The position numbers and the translations under genes are program-made. From the NCBI GenBank assembly GCA_963841735.1, contig CAWJDT010000001.1, positions 896,001-960,000 of the forward strand: a DNA stretch of 64,000 bases, in the 5' to 3' direction. Shown in pieces: positions 40,183 to 49,604 of this stretch (position 1 is its first letter; every line of letters starts with the position of its first letter). The DNA is from an uncultured Actinomycetes bacterium (GTDB lineage: Bacteria > Actinomycetota > Thermoleophilia > RBG-16-64-13). The notes below the pieces were generated by a model. That model searched no databases, was not told the origin of the DNA, and saw nothing but the letters and a program-made list of their open reading frames with translations.

Positions 40183-41172
40183 TCACTGCTGACTCCGGCT
40201 CGGGGCGCCCGGGGTTTCCCCGGACCTGCCGGTCTCAGGGGCGCCTGGGGTGACTGGGGTGGTGCGGATGCGGTAGGCGAGCTCGATGGAGGGCCTGGCA
40301 TCGGCAATGCCAAAACCCCTTCCGGCAAGAGTGGCCCGGTAGATCTCTGTGTGGAGATCGGTGAAACCTCCGCTGAACTCCACCTCTGCACCGTCGATGG
40401 TGAGCCCACGGTGGGTGGCGCTGCCCGCTGTGAGGGCCTCCGGGGGGAGGTCGGTGCGGTCGACAGATAGCAGCCAGCGCACGTCCGCCCGTTCTAGTTC
40501 GAGGCTTCCGCTCATGCGGCGGAGACCGGATGAATGTACGCGCACTTCGCGGCAGGGCCCAAACAGCCACAGCAGCAGGTCGAGGAAGTGGATGCCTATG
40601 TTGACCGCGATGCCCCCCGACTTTTCTGGTTGTCCCTTCCACGAGACGTCGTACCAGAGGCCGCGACTTGTGACGTAGCTGAGATCCACTTGGTGACGTG
40701 GGGCAGGGGTACCGGAGGCGAGTTCCGAGGCCAGCCGGGCCTTCAGCGCCACCAATGAGGGGTGAAGTCGGAGCTGCAGCACGGTGTAGATCCGACGGCC
40801 GGTTTCTTGCTCAAGCTCCTCAAGCTGATCGAGGTTCCAGGGATTGACGACCAGGGGCTTCTCGCATATGGCGTCGGCGCCGTTGCGAAGGGCGAGGCGC
40901 ATGTGAGCGTCATGCAGATAGTTGGGCGTGCAGATGCTGACGAAGTCCACGGGCCTGCCCTGCGCTCCGCCACGTTGCTTGTAGAGAAAGCGGTCGAAGC
41001 GTTCTATCTCTGGGAAGTACCGAACGTCAAAACCCATAGAATCAAGGCGGCCGACCGCGTCGTGGGGGTCAGAGGCGGCCACCAGACGGCCGCCCACATC
41101 GCGGATGGCTTGTAGGTGTCGTGGAGCGATATAGCCCGCAACTCCCACCAGCGCAAAACTGAGTTCGCTCAT
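40183..41172 (-). CDS. wbpB: UDP-GlcNAcA 3-dehydrogenase (WbpB/WlbA, Gfo/Idh/MocA family)
   Basis: [54 protein letters not shown]. Confidence 0.92.
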   Translation of the reverse strand: MSELSFALVGVAGYIAPRHLQAIRDVGGRLVAASDPHDAVGRLDSMGFDVRYFPEIERFDRFLYKQRGGAQGRPVDFVSICTPNYLHDAHMRLALRNGADAICEKPLVVNPWNLDQLEELEQETGRRIYTVLQLRLHPSLVALKARLASELASGTPAPRHQVDLSYVTSRGLWYDVSWKGQPEKSGGIAVNIGIHFLDLLLWLFGPCREVRVHSSGLRRMSGSLELERADVRWLLSVDRTDLPPEALTAGSATHRGLTIDGAEVEFSGGFTDLHTEIYRATLAGRGFGIADARPSIELAYRIRTTPVTPGAPETGRSGETPGAPSRSQQ

Positions 41173-42380
41173 CCCCGCCCCTTTCGGTAGAAGTCGGCGA
41201 TGACCGCCACCACCCTTTCCGCTTGGTGGTGGGTGAGCTCAGGGTAGATGGGGAGTGCCAGAGTCTGCTGGGCGGCCAGTTCGGCCTCGGGGAGGTCGCC
41301 GTGCTTGTATCCCAGGTAGGAGAAACACTCCTGAAGATGTAGCGGGATGGGGTAGTAGACCTCGCAGCCCACCCTCGTGGAGTCCAGGTGGGAGCGAAGC
41401 GCGTCGCGATCGCGGACGCGCAGGACGAACTGGTTGTAGATGTGGCGGCGGCCGGGTGCTTCGTAGGGGAGAACCACAGGCTTCGCCTCCAATGCTCGCG
41501 AACCTCCGCCCCCCCCGGGCCCGGACGTGAGCCCGGCTTCCGTGAACAGTGTTCGGTAGCGCGCGGCGTTTGCCTGCCGCGACTCCGTCCACGAGTCCAG
41601 ATGAGGAAGCTTCACCGAGAGTACCGCGGCCTGCAAGGAGTCGAGCCGGAAGTTGGCGCCAATCGTGTGGTGGACGTACTTGGGCCGGGCGCCATGAGTG
41701 CGGGTTACGTCAAGCCTCGAACCCAGATCCGGGTCTTGAGTCGTGACCGCGCCACCATCGCCCAAGCAGCCCAGGTTCTTGGAAGGGAAGAAGCTGAAGC
41801 ACCCCACGTCTCCCATCGAGCCTGCCCGCCGTCCGTCCAGCTCGGCTCCGATGGCCTGCGCGGCATCTTCCACCACCCAGAGGGCCTTATCCCGAGCGAA
41901 AGTCGATATCTGATCCATGTCTGCCATTTGACCGTAGAGATGCACTGGGATGATGCCGCGAGTCGTTGATGTGATCGCCCCGGGCAGTAGGTCTGGGTTG
42001 AGATTGAAGGTGTCGGGGTCGATGTCCACGAACACGGGCGTCGCCTTCATGCGGGCGATGGAGCCGGCTGTAGCGAAGAAGGTGTAGGGGGACGTGATTA
42101 TCGCGTCTCCGGGCTGAGTATCGAGGGCCATCAGAGCGGCCAGCAGAGCGTCGGTTCCGGAGGAGACACCGTAGGCAAAGGCCGACCCGCAGTACTTGGC
42201 AAGCTCAGCCTCAAATCTTTGGACTTCGGGGCCCATGATGAAACGCTGGGTGGCTAGGACGCCGTCGATGGCGGCGCGGATGTCTTGAGCCAAGGGAGCG
42301 TGCTGAGCCCCGAGGTCAAGCAGGGGTATGGGCTCCGTCTCCGCGGGCTGTGGATCTAGCGTGGTTCTTGCCTCACTCAC
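41169..42380 (-). CDS. wbpE: DegT-family aminotransferase (WbpE/WlbC-like)
   Basis: SSGTDALL, VHLYGQMA, EDAAQAIG, SFFPSKNLG, NFRLDSLQA; adjacent to wbpB and wbpD. Confidence 0.8.
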   Translation of the reverse strand: MSEARTTLDPQPAETEPIPLLDLGAQHAPLAQDIRAAIDGVLATQRFIMGPEVQRFEAELAKYCGSAFAYGVSSGTDALLAALMALDTQPGDAIITSPYTFFATAGSIARMKATPVFVDIDPDTFNLNPDLLPGAITSTTRGIIPVHLYGQMADMDQISTFARDKALWVVEDAAQAIGAELDGRRAGSMGDVGCFSFFPSKNLGCLGDGGAVTTQDPDLGSRLDVTRTHGARPKYVHHTIGANFRLDSLQAAVLSVKLPHLDSWTESRQANAARYRTLFTEAGLTSGPGGGGGSRALEAKPVVLPYEAPGRRHIYNQFVLRVRDRDALRSHLDSTRVGCEVYYPIPLHLQECFSYLGYKHGDLPEAELAAQQTLALPIYPELTHHQAERVVAVIADFYRKGRG

Positions 42381-43626
42381 CCTGGAAACCTCGGTGTTCG
42401 GACTCTGAGATGCGGTCAAGGAATGTGCGCGCCAGAACGCCAACGTCGTGATTGAGTCGCACGTACTGCCTCCCTCGCTCGCCCATCAGCTCCCGGTCTT
42501 TGGCCGGCAGCGACGCCAACTTCAGAATGCCGTCACACAGAGCCCCGGCGTCTTCTGGGGGGATCGACAGACCGCACTCTGCTTCCCGCACTGGGTCGTT
42601 AGCCGCTTCTACACCGTGCAGTATCGGGACCCCCGCCATCATGTAGTCGAACAGTTTGTTGGGCGAGATGCCGAATCTGTAGAGCGGGCTGCGAGTCCAC
42701 CCAATATACAGCACGTCGAATAGGCCGAGCAGTTCGGGTACCGACCGTTTTGGCACCGGTGGAAGAAACTGTACAACGCTTCCCAGATCCTGAGCCTTCG
42801 CCTGCAGACGTTCTTTCTCAGGCCCGTCGCCAACGCAGACGATACCGATGTTCGCAAGTCGGGGATCCGCCCCAGCTTCCACAAGAGTGTCCAGCGAGTT
42901 AGACAGGGCATGGCCGCCCAGGTACCCCACCATGCAGCGGGTGCCTCGGCGGATCTCCTGCAGAGCCGCAACATGGCCGTCGGGCGGGGCCTGCCTGTCT
43001 TTCTCCCATTCTTCCAGGACGACCCCGTTGGGTACGTAGATGAATCTGTCGGGGGGTAGCCCGTGTGCCGCAAGGTGCTGCTCCGCACAGGGGAGCATCG
43101 ACACGACTCTGTCGGCATGACGACAGGCGAAGTTCTCGGCGCGCTGAAGCGACCAGATGAAGGGATGTAGGGGACTCATGCCGCCCAGTTCGATAGGAGA
43201 AGTCGGCCAGAGGTCGTGCACTTCGTAGACATAGCGTGCGTTGAATCGCTTTGCGTAGCGCGCAGCCGGCCAGTTGTCCCAGGTGTAGGTAGACGAGGCG
43301 ATTACAACTTCGGGGGCAAAGTCTATGATGAGCTGGGCGCACTCCCGGCGGAGCCCTCGCAGGAAGGCCACCATGTTGCGGACCCGCCCCGCCCCGTTGC
43401 CTCGGTAGGGGGGTGTCTTGACCCAGAGATACTCTACGCCCTCCACCGTCTCCCTTTTGAGTGGGCAAGAACTGCGCGGATTAACGCGTCTCAGATGGCT
43501 GAAGTCAGCTGCGACGATGAGTACGCGATGCCCTGCGCGAACCCACTCGCGTGCGAAATAGAAGGGGCGATACTCCATACCATACTCGGGAGTGCCGGCG
43601 TAGTGATTGATCAGGAGGATGTTCAT
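42373..43626 (-). CDS. Glycosyltransferase family 4 (WbuB-like)
   Basis: MNILLINHYAG, EVHDLWP, GISPNKLFDYM. Confidence 0.9.
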   Translation of the reverse strand: MNILLINHYAGTPEYGMEYRPFYFAREWVRAGHRVLIVAADFSHLRRVNPRSSCPLKRETVEGVEYLWVKTPPYRGNGAGRVRNMVAFLRGLRRECAQLIIDFAPEVVIASSTYTWDNWPAARYAKRFNARYVYEVHDLWPTSPIELGGMSPLHPFIWSLQRAENFACRHADRVVSMLPCAEQHLAAHGLPPDRFIYVPNGVVLEEWEKDRQAPPDGHVAALQEIRRGTRCMVGYLGGHALSNSLDTLVEAGADPRLANIGIVCVGDGPEKERLQAKAQDLGSVVQFLPPVPKRSVPELLGLFDVLYIGWTRSPLYRFGISPNKLFDYMMAGVPILHGVEAANDPVREAECGLSIPPEDAGALCDGILKLASLPAKDRELMGERGRQYVRLNHDVGVLARTFLDRISESEHRGFQGE

Positions 43627-43635
43627 GTCCGTCGG

Positions 43636-46176
43636 CTATTCCGCTGCGGTGATCTCCGCTAGGACCGCCAGAGTGACATCGATCTGAAGGGCCAAGGGAT
43701 TGCGTTCTTTAGCGGCTTGCAGGAATTCCTGCGCCAGGCCGGCGAGTTGCTCTCTGTTCATGCCTCGGTAGTATTCGGCATCGTCCCGGGTAAGTTCGTC
43801 CTTTGCCAACGAGGCGGCTGCCTGCCCGGTTTCGGGGATCGCGCCTCCGCCGGCCAAGCTTGACCAGTCACCGAGTCCCGTAAGACTGACGGACAGGTCG
43901 TCGTATTGAAAACGGAAGGCCCTACCTTCCACATAGCCTGTAGCCAGAAGCAGATCGACTACCGCGACGCCCGCATGGAAGCGTAGTGTCCAGTCCGCCG
44001 GCTCGAGTGCTATGGCTTTCTCACAACTCTTGATGGCTAGGGCGAGATCATCCAGCACCGCGCCCTCTCTGTCGGGTGCTTCTGTTACCAGGGCTTCTAC
44101 GGCCGCTCTGTGGTAGATCGTGGCCTGGGTCGAATAGGGCGCTGGGTCGGTGGGCATCAGCGACAGGGCAGACTTCGCGCGTTTGACGGCTCGGGCGGGA
44201 TCGCTGCCGGCCAAAGCGAGTGCGGAGTCCTGGTACAGAAGGGAGGCGTACGGCAATACGGTGGAGATAATCACCAGTAGTGACAGCGCCACCATGACGA
44301 TGCGGAACGCCTGGGATAGAGGTCCGGGCGGGTGGAACATCTCCTTCGCCCGGCTTCTGCGATGCTCTCGATGTCTGCGCCGGCGGTGCTTGTTCTCATA
44401 CTGCGCCGCTCGGGGAGGGATCATCATCAGGACTTCGAGCTCCCCGGACTCGTTCAAGGCCGCGGACTCTTGCCGTAGGGCGACCTCGTCCGGTTGTGGG
44501 TCCGTAGGGGCGGTCGGCACGCGCAGCCGCAGCCGCTGGTTCATCCGGGGCCACAACACTCCGACTCGGGCGTCCACGCCGGCTACGCCGGCGGCGGCGA
44601 GCAGCACGGCAGGGATGCTGACCCCGGCCATCTGCCACAGCCAATCAACACTTGTGTGGATAAGCCAGTAGGCAGCGCCGGCGAGTAGAGCCATGTCCCA
44701 ACCGTAGGCCAGGGAACTGCTCCCCCAACGGGAGTCAGTTCTCGGGTGGGTCTCCGTGGCTTGAACGCCGCCGGCCCGCTGCCGCCTGCGCAACCATGTC
44801 TGCTTCATCCCCCGCCAGCCGGCAATGCAGCGGGGCCACAGCATCCCCCCCAAGATGAGAAGGATGCCCCCGAAGGCGAACACCCCTCCCACTATCCCTG
44901 TCTCGCCCAACACCTGCAGCTCGAATGAGTGCGCCTGTCGAGGTTTGTATGTCTCAGCGCTACGGAGGCGGTCATACTGGAAGACAAAGTTGTCGGCTCC
45001 CACGCCCAGAACGGGAGATCCTTCCAACTCCTGCACGGCGACCTTCCAGATGCCCACTCGGCCGCTGGAGCTAAGCAACGCGAACCGGGTGTGGCTTTCG
45101 GTAGCGGTTTCCGGCGCTTGCCCGGTGAATTGGCGCCAGGTCTGTGAGGTCCACTTGATCGGACCGCCCGCATCGTGCGTTAGGGTGATCGAGCCGTATA
45201 CGAGGCCACCCACGGCCGCGACCAATACGACGGTTCCGAAGATCACCTTCATCAGCCGGCTGACGCGCACCCATTTCTCGAGTAAGGCCAGGATCATGCC
45301 GATAAGCGCGGCCGTGAGGGCGGCGGCCAGCAACGTGCGTACCGCGAGTGCTCCTCCTACTGCGTCCGGCCCTTCGAGCCAGTAACGGTTGAGGCGCGGG
45401 AACACATACGCCATGAGTAGGGCGGGCACCAGCAGGTAGAAGAGAGTACGCAGGCGGGCGGGGGATATGACGAACATGAAGATGAGAGTGATTGCGAGAG
45501 TCCATACGGCCCCGCGTGACTGAGTCATGAAGGACAGTCCCAGAAGACCGGTCGCCAGTCCCAGCGCGATGCCACGCACCGGCGCCCGCTCTTCGGGTCC
45601 GGCCGCCAGCCACATGAGCGGCCAGAATGTGACCAGAAGGAGGGCGGCGGCGTGGTTGGGGGCGCTCACCGGGTAGCCGAGGCGATTGGTGTAGAAGAGC
45701 CCGGCGATGTTCTCCGTAGTGCCGAGTTTCCACATACAGACGGCAAACAGGACACACCCCCCGGCCATCACCAGGTAGCGGAAGACCCTTCTGGCCCCCT
45801 GGTCGCTGAGGTAGACGATGGCCAGCGCAAAGACCAGCAGGTAGGTGAAGGTGCGGCCGCTCTCCAGCCACACCCTGGTGGGAGAGTCTGCCCATATGGC
45901 GGATACGGCTACCCAAAGGCTGTAGCCGCCGAACAGGAGGAGGGCAGTGAGGGACAGCTGTCCCGGGCGGCGCGGATACGCCACCAACAGCGAGACGATC
46001 AGGCCGAAGACTCCCAGACCCAGACTAGGCGGCAACCACTGATGCGCGATGAAACCGCCCGAAGAGTAGACCAGCCACAACCAGACGGCAAAGACTACGG
46101 CGAGTGGTGCTCCCCAGATCCCAGCTCTACGAAGCCGGCTGCCGCTCTCAGGAACGGTGCTGCCGGCAGGTGACAA
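43636..46176 (-). CDS. Large O-antigen-ligase-family membrane protein with C-terminal TPR-like domain
   Basis: RLGYPV..PN, TQSRGA, R..IWKVA....P.LGVGADNF, AHS..LQ.LGETG; C-terminal helical repeats (KAIALEPADW). Confidence 0.82.
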   Translation of the reverse strand: MSPAGSTVPESGSRLRRAGIWGAPLAVVFAVWLWLVYSSGGFIAHQWLPPSLGLGVFGLIVSLLVAYPRRPGQLSLTALLLFGGYSLWVAVSAIWADSPTRVWLESGRTFTYLLVFALAIVYLSDQGARRVFRYLVMAGGCVLFAVCMWKLGTTENIAGLFYTNRLGYPVSAPNHAAALLLVTFWPLMWLAAGPEERAPVRGIALGLATGLLGLSFMTQSRGAVWTLAITLIFMFVISPARLRTLFYLLVPALLMAYVFPRLNRYWLEGPDAVGGALAVRTLLAAALTAALIGMILALLEKWVRVSRLMKVIFGTVVLVAAVGGLVYGSITLTHDAGGPIKWTSQTWRQFTGQAPETATESHTRFALLSSSGRVGIWKVAVQELEGSPVLGVGADNFVFQYDRLRSAETYKPRQAHSFELQVLGETGIVGGVFAFGGILLILGGMLWPRCIAGWRGMKQTWLRRRQRAGGVQATETHPRTDSRWGSSSLAYGWDMALLAGAAYWLIHTSVDWLWQMAGVSIPAVLLAAAGVAGVDARVGVLWPRMNQRLRLRVPTAPTDPQPDEVALRQESAALNESGELEVLMMIPPRAAQYENKHRRRRHREHRRSRAKEMFHPPGPLSQAFRIVMVALSLLVIISTVLPYASLLYQDSALALAGSDPARAVKRAKSALSLMPTDPAPYSTQATIYHRAAVEALVTEAPDREGAVLDDLALAIKSCEKAIALEPADWTLRFHAGVAVVDLLLATGYVEGRAFRFQYDDLSVSLTGLGDWSSLAGGGAIPETGQAAASLAKDELTRDDAEYYRGMNREQLAGLAQEFLQAAKERNPLALQIDVTLAVLAEITAAE

Positions 46177-46202
46177 TCTCTATCACTCGCCCGCTATGGA
46201 GT

Positions 46203-46571
46203 CTAGTTCTTCTCGGCGGGTTTGTTAGGCCGTGAAAGCTTTCTGAGGGCCACGCCACCGCCGACCAAGGCGACCACCACGACCACCAGGATCGCGATCT
46301 GGAAGCCGGTGAACGGGTACTCGTCCCGGCTGAGCCGGTCTTTCACCACGTCATCCAGCCGTTTCTTGAAGTCACCGTCAGAGTACTGGGCCAAGGTGGC
46401 GTCATTGAGATAGGCGTTCAGCTCGGCATCGGTGTAGCTCCGGGTGAGCTTGCCGTTGGCCACGAAATCGTCGTAGATGTCTTGGGGAGTCCAGCCGGCC
46501 AAGGCCACAGTGGTCAGTAGAAGATTGATGACTATCGCACCAATGAACAGAAGTACCAGTTTCTTGACCAT
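46203..46571 (-). CDS. Small exported protein with an LPxTG-like (YPFTG) C-terminal sorting signal
   Basis: Signal peptide ending VALA, ~60-aa acidic mature domain, YPFTG + hydrophobic helix + RKLSR tail; strong RBS GAGGAGGGG. Confidence 0.82.
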   Translation of the reverse strand: MVKKLVLLFIGAIVINLLLTTVALAGWTPQDIYDDFVANGKLTRSYTDAELNAYLNDATLAQYSDGDFKKRLDDVVKDRLSRDEYPFTGFQIAILVVVVVALVGGGVALRKLSRPNKPAEKN

Positions 46572-46644
46572 GGCCCCTCCTCAAGTTCACTATGACCGTC
46601 TGATGACGGGTCTGTCTGCCTTGAAGCCGTAAATCCAATGTAAC

Positions 46645-46688
46645 AGTATACCATACTCAGAGTCTATACTATCACTAGAGTCTATCAC
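46645..46688 (-). promoter_or_regulatory. Putative housekeeping-sigma extended -10 promoter with upstream direct repeats
   Basis: TGGTATACT on the minus strand (46645-46653); AGAGTCTAT at 46659 and 46677 in an AT-rich spacer. Confidence 0.5.
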
Positions 46689-46713
46689 CTCTACCCACAG
46701 TCAAAAGCGGCCT

Positions 46714-48723
46714 CTATTTTACCTTCACCGGCTTCTCCGCGGGCAAACCCTGCAGAGAAGCATACTCCGGGACGCATTCTTGGAGGGCAAGCATGATGCC
46801 CCGCCGGTCTCCATGTTGCTCGGCGAGGGCGATCAGATCCCTGAGCGCTTGTTTGAAGTGATGGCTATCACCGTTGTTTGTCGCGCTACTGGCCCGAGCG
46901 CAGACCTGCTTGACCAAGGGATGGCTGGTCGGCAGGGCTTCCTCATACGCGTAGGTTAGGCTCTCGTCCAGTTTCTCTCCAGGGCGAAGTCCTGAGAACT
47001 CCACACCGAGAGAACGTGCCTCGTCCTTCCAGTAGAAATCGATCATTCGCTGGGCCAGGTCGATGATTGAAACCGGGGCGCCCATCTCGAGCACGAAGGT
47101 GTTCAGAGAGCGCTCTCGATCCCGCTCTGTTCCGTCGAGCATGATGGCCGCCTGCAGAACTAATTGAACGGCCTCTTCGATAAGCATGAAGTAGCGGGTC
47201 ATCTCCGGATGGGTGATAACCAAAGGGCCACCATTCTCTATCTGGCTCCTGAAGATGGGGATGACACTCCCCTGACTACCCAGCACGTTGCCGAACCGGA
47301 CCGAAGCGAACAGAGTCCCTGGGTGTCGCGCACCGAGGTCGCGCACGATGAGCTCGCCTATCCGCTTGGTCGCGCCCATGACGTTGCAGGGCTCGACCGC
47401 CTTGTCGGTGGAGATGTTGATGAAACGTTCAGTGCCGTATCGGGCCGCCATCTCGGCTACCGAGAGAGTGCCTTTGACGTTGTTGAGAACAGCTTCGTCG
47501 GGGCTCAACTCCATCAGGGGCACGTGTTTGTATGCCGCCGCATGGAAGACCAGCCGGGGACGGTGGAGGGCGAATATCTTCTCCAACTTATCCTTTTGCA
47601 GGATGCTGGCGGGGTACAGAACGTAGTGCCGGTAACCCTGGCTTTGCAGTCGCTCGTGCAGGTCGTACAGAGATGATTCGTCGTGGTCGACCATCACCAG
47701 CCGCCCAGGATCGAATCGGGCGATCTGTCGGCACAGTTCCGAGCCTATGGAGCCACCCGCGCCTGTGACCAGCACGGTATGTCCCTGGATGAACTCAGAC
47801 AGGGCGCCGATATCCGTCTCGACGCTGGGTCTGCCGAGAAGGTCTCTGATGTCGAGATCGCGGGCGTCGTCCAGACTGACCTTACCCGATACGAGCTCGG
47901 CTAGGCTCGGCAGGATCTTCAGGGGCACACCCGCCGGTTTGCAGAGGCGATAGATGGAGACGACCTCCTCGGCCGTAGCCGAGGGGATGGCAACGATGAC
48001 CTGCGTTATCCCCTGCTTCTTGACCAGTGCGGGGGTATCGGCCACCCTACCCAAGACGGGCAGGCCCTGGATAGTCATGTACTGCAGGTCGCTGCGGTCG
48101 TCGACAAGGCCTACTACCCGCAGCCCCAGCGACGGAGTGCGCTTGATCTCGCGGATCAACATGTCCGCGGCCTGCCCGGCCCCGACCAGCAGAAGGCGCT
48201 CGCTGGGCTGCTCGGGTTGCTGGGTGATCTCAGCCTTGACCCGGTGGGAGAAGCGGGATCCGACCATCAGGGTGATAGTGAGTGCGCTGCCGCCGACGAC
48301 CACCGACCGGGGAGCGAGATAGCCCACTCCGTCGGAGAAGAGCGGCCAGACCACCACGATCAGGAGAAGGGAGGCAAAAGCCAATAGGCCCGACTCCACA
48401 AGCCGCATCGCTTGGGCTAGGCCCATATAGCGTCCCACGATCGAGTAGACGCCGGTAAACCAGTTGACCACCACATGCATGACCACGGCGATCACAGCAA
48501 AGACGGCGAAGTCCGCCGACCAGCTCTTCCAGTCGGCGAAGCTCCCTGCTGAGCGGAAATTGAGCATCAGGTAGTACGAGAGCAAGACGATGGCGACGTC
48601 AGTCATCATCGCTCGTATGTGACGAGCGCGCGGGAGTCCAAACCGCTTGCCACCCATCAGAGGACCTTGCCTCTGCGTAGTGCCGGCAATGAAGTCGGGC
48701 TCATCGGAGTTCCGCGCAGGCAT
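46714..48723 (-). CDS. Membrane-bound UDP-GlcNAc 4,6-dehydratase (PglF/CapD/WbpM family)
   Basis: Four TMs, VGAGQAA, DLLGR, TGAGGSIGSEL, HAAAYKHVPLME, STDKAV, VRFGNVLGS, GLRPGEKL; alternative start 48771. Confidence 0.95.
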   Translation of the reverse strand: MPARNSDEPDFIAGTTQRQGPLMGGKRFGLPRARHIRAMMTDVAIVLLSYYLMLNFRSAGSFADWKSWSADFAVFAVIAVVMHVVVNWFTGVYSIVGRYMGLAQAMRLVESGLLAFASLLLIVVVWPLFSDGVGYLAPRSVVVGGSALTITLMVGSRFSHRVKAEITQQPEQPSERLLLVGAGQAADMLIREIKRTPSLGLRVVGLVDDRSDLQYMTIQGLPVLGRVADTPALVKKQGITQVIVAIPSATAEEVVSIYRLCKPAGVPLKILPSLAELVSGKVSLDDARDLDIRDLLGRPSVETDIGALSEFIQGHTVLVTGAGGSIGSELCRQIARFDPGRLVMVDHDESSLYDLHERLQSQGYRHYVLYPASILQKDKLEKIFALHRPRLVFHAAAYKHVPLMELSPDEAVLNNVKGTLSVAEMAARYGTERFINISTDKAVEPCNVMGATKRIGELIVRDLGARHPGTLFASVRFGNVLGSQGSVIPIFRSQIENGGPLVITHPEMTRYFMLIEEAVQLVLQAAIMLDGTERDRERSLNTFVLEMGAPVSIIDLAQRMIDFYWKDEARSLGVEFSGLRPGEKLDESLTYAYEEALPTSHPLVKQVCARASSATNNGDSHHFKQALRDLIALAEQHGDRRGIMLALQECVPEYASLQGLPAEKPVKVK

Positions 48724-48802
48724 TGCTCTCTCCGCTGAAGACTTTTCGTGATCGTGGACAAGATATCCCATTCGGTCTCGGAAATAAACTATCTATATGG
48801 AG

Positions 48803-48829
48803 TTATCGGCGTCTTCTGTCAAACTATGA
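48803..48829 (-). promoter_or_regulatory. Putative sigma28-type promoter for the pglF-like gene
   Basis: TCATAGTTT-N10-GCCGATAA, close to the TAAAGTTT-N11-GCCGATAA consensus. Confidence 0.55.
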
Positions 48830-48883
48830 ATCCTGCTAGTGGCCTGTCGCCGCGCCCCCCGAGCGAGAGCGAGGGCGGCGGGA

Positions 48884-48912
48884 TTGACAGGTTGAGCGGG
48901 GGAACGTACCGT
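48884..48912 (+). promoter_or_regulatory. Sigma70-type promoter
   Basis: TTGACA-N17-TACCGT upstream of the AGAGGAGG RBS and GTG at 48947. Confidence 0.6.
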
Positions 48913-48946
48913 GTAGTTGTGAGACGATCCAGATAGAGGAGGCGCC

Positions 48947-49498
48947 GTGACTGACGTCATGAAGAGTTGCGCAAGCTGCGGAAACACTCAGGCAGCCGGA
49001 GACTTCTGCGAAAAATGTGGCAACCGCTTGGCGGCGCCGGCGGCTGAGGCAGCGGCACCCGCGGCGACCGCGGCGTTTCAGGCACCGCCGGCCCCGGCTG
49101 CCTACCCGCCCGGAGCATATGCCCCCGGCGCGTACCCGCCCGGCGCCTACCCGCCCGGCGCCTACCCGCCCGGCACCCAGCCCCCCTATGGCTATGCGCC
49201 GCAGTACGCTCCGCCGCGTGAGCCGGGGCCGTGGAACAAGCTGTTCGACCTCTCCTTCCAGGGGTTTGTCACGCCCGCCACTCTGAAGGTCCTGTACTTC
49301 ATCATCCTGGGTACGATCGGTCTCTTCTTTGTGTTCAGCATCGTCTGGGGCTTTATGTTCCACGACGGCGCCATCGGGGCCATGTGGCTGTTTGTCACTG
49401 TGGCAATGACCGCCTTCCTGTTCTTCATGACCCGCATTCTGTTTGAGTTGGTTTCCACAACGTTGCGGCACAGCGGTGAAGTCAAGAAGGACGTCTAG
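48947..49498 (+). CDS. Zinc-ribbon + Pro-rich + DUF4282-like membrane protein
   Basis: CASCG..DFCEKCG, AYPPG repeats, LFDLSFQGFVTP..LKVLY, R.LFE motif, two TMs. Confidence 0.8.
   Translation: MTDVMKSCASCGNTQAAGDFCEKCGNRLAAPAAEAAAPAATAAFQAPPAPAAYPPGAYAPGAYPPGAYPPGAYPPGTQPPYGYAPQYAPPREPGPWNKLFDLSFQGFVTPATLKVLYFIILGTIGLFFVFSIVWGFMFHDGAIGAMWLFVTVAMTAFLFFMTRILFELVSTTLRHSGEVKKDV
49100..49174 (+). repeat. 15-bp coding tandem repeat (AYPPG-like x5)
   Basis: GCCTACCCGCCCGGC-type unit, five copies, one encoding AYAPG. Confidence 0.9.
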
Positions 49499-49554
49499 TC
49501 TCGGTCCTGAGGTTAGATAGGCTCGACCGCTGAGACGGTGGAGCGGTGAGCGCG

Positions 49555-49586
49555 AAAAGAAGGGGCCGCCTGGGGGCGGCCCCTTT
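49555..49586. terminator. Bidirectional intrinsic terminator
   Basis: AAAAGAAGGGGCCGCC-TGGG-GGCGGCCCCTTT between the convergent DUF4282 gene and ugd. Confidence 0.8.
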
Positions 49587-49604
49587 GCGTCTCCGCGGGT
49601 TGGT

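Noticed and set aside
46178-46188. tetO-like half-site TCTCTATCACT (similar CTATCAC at 2625, 46669 and 46682)
   Set aside because: No palindromic partner and no TetR gene; too short to be significant
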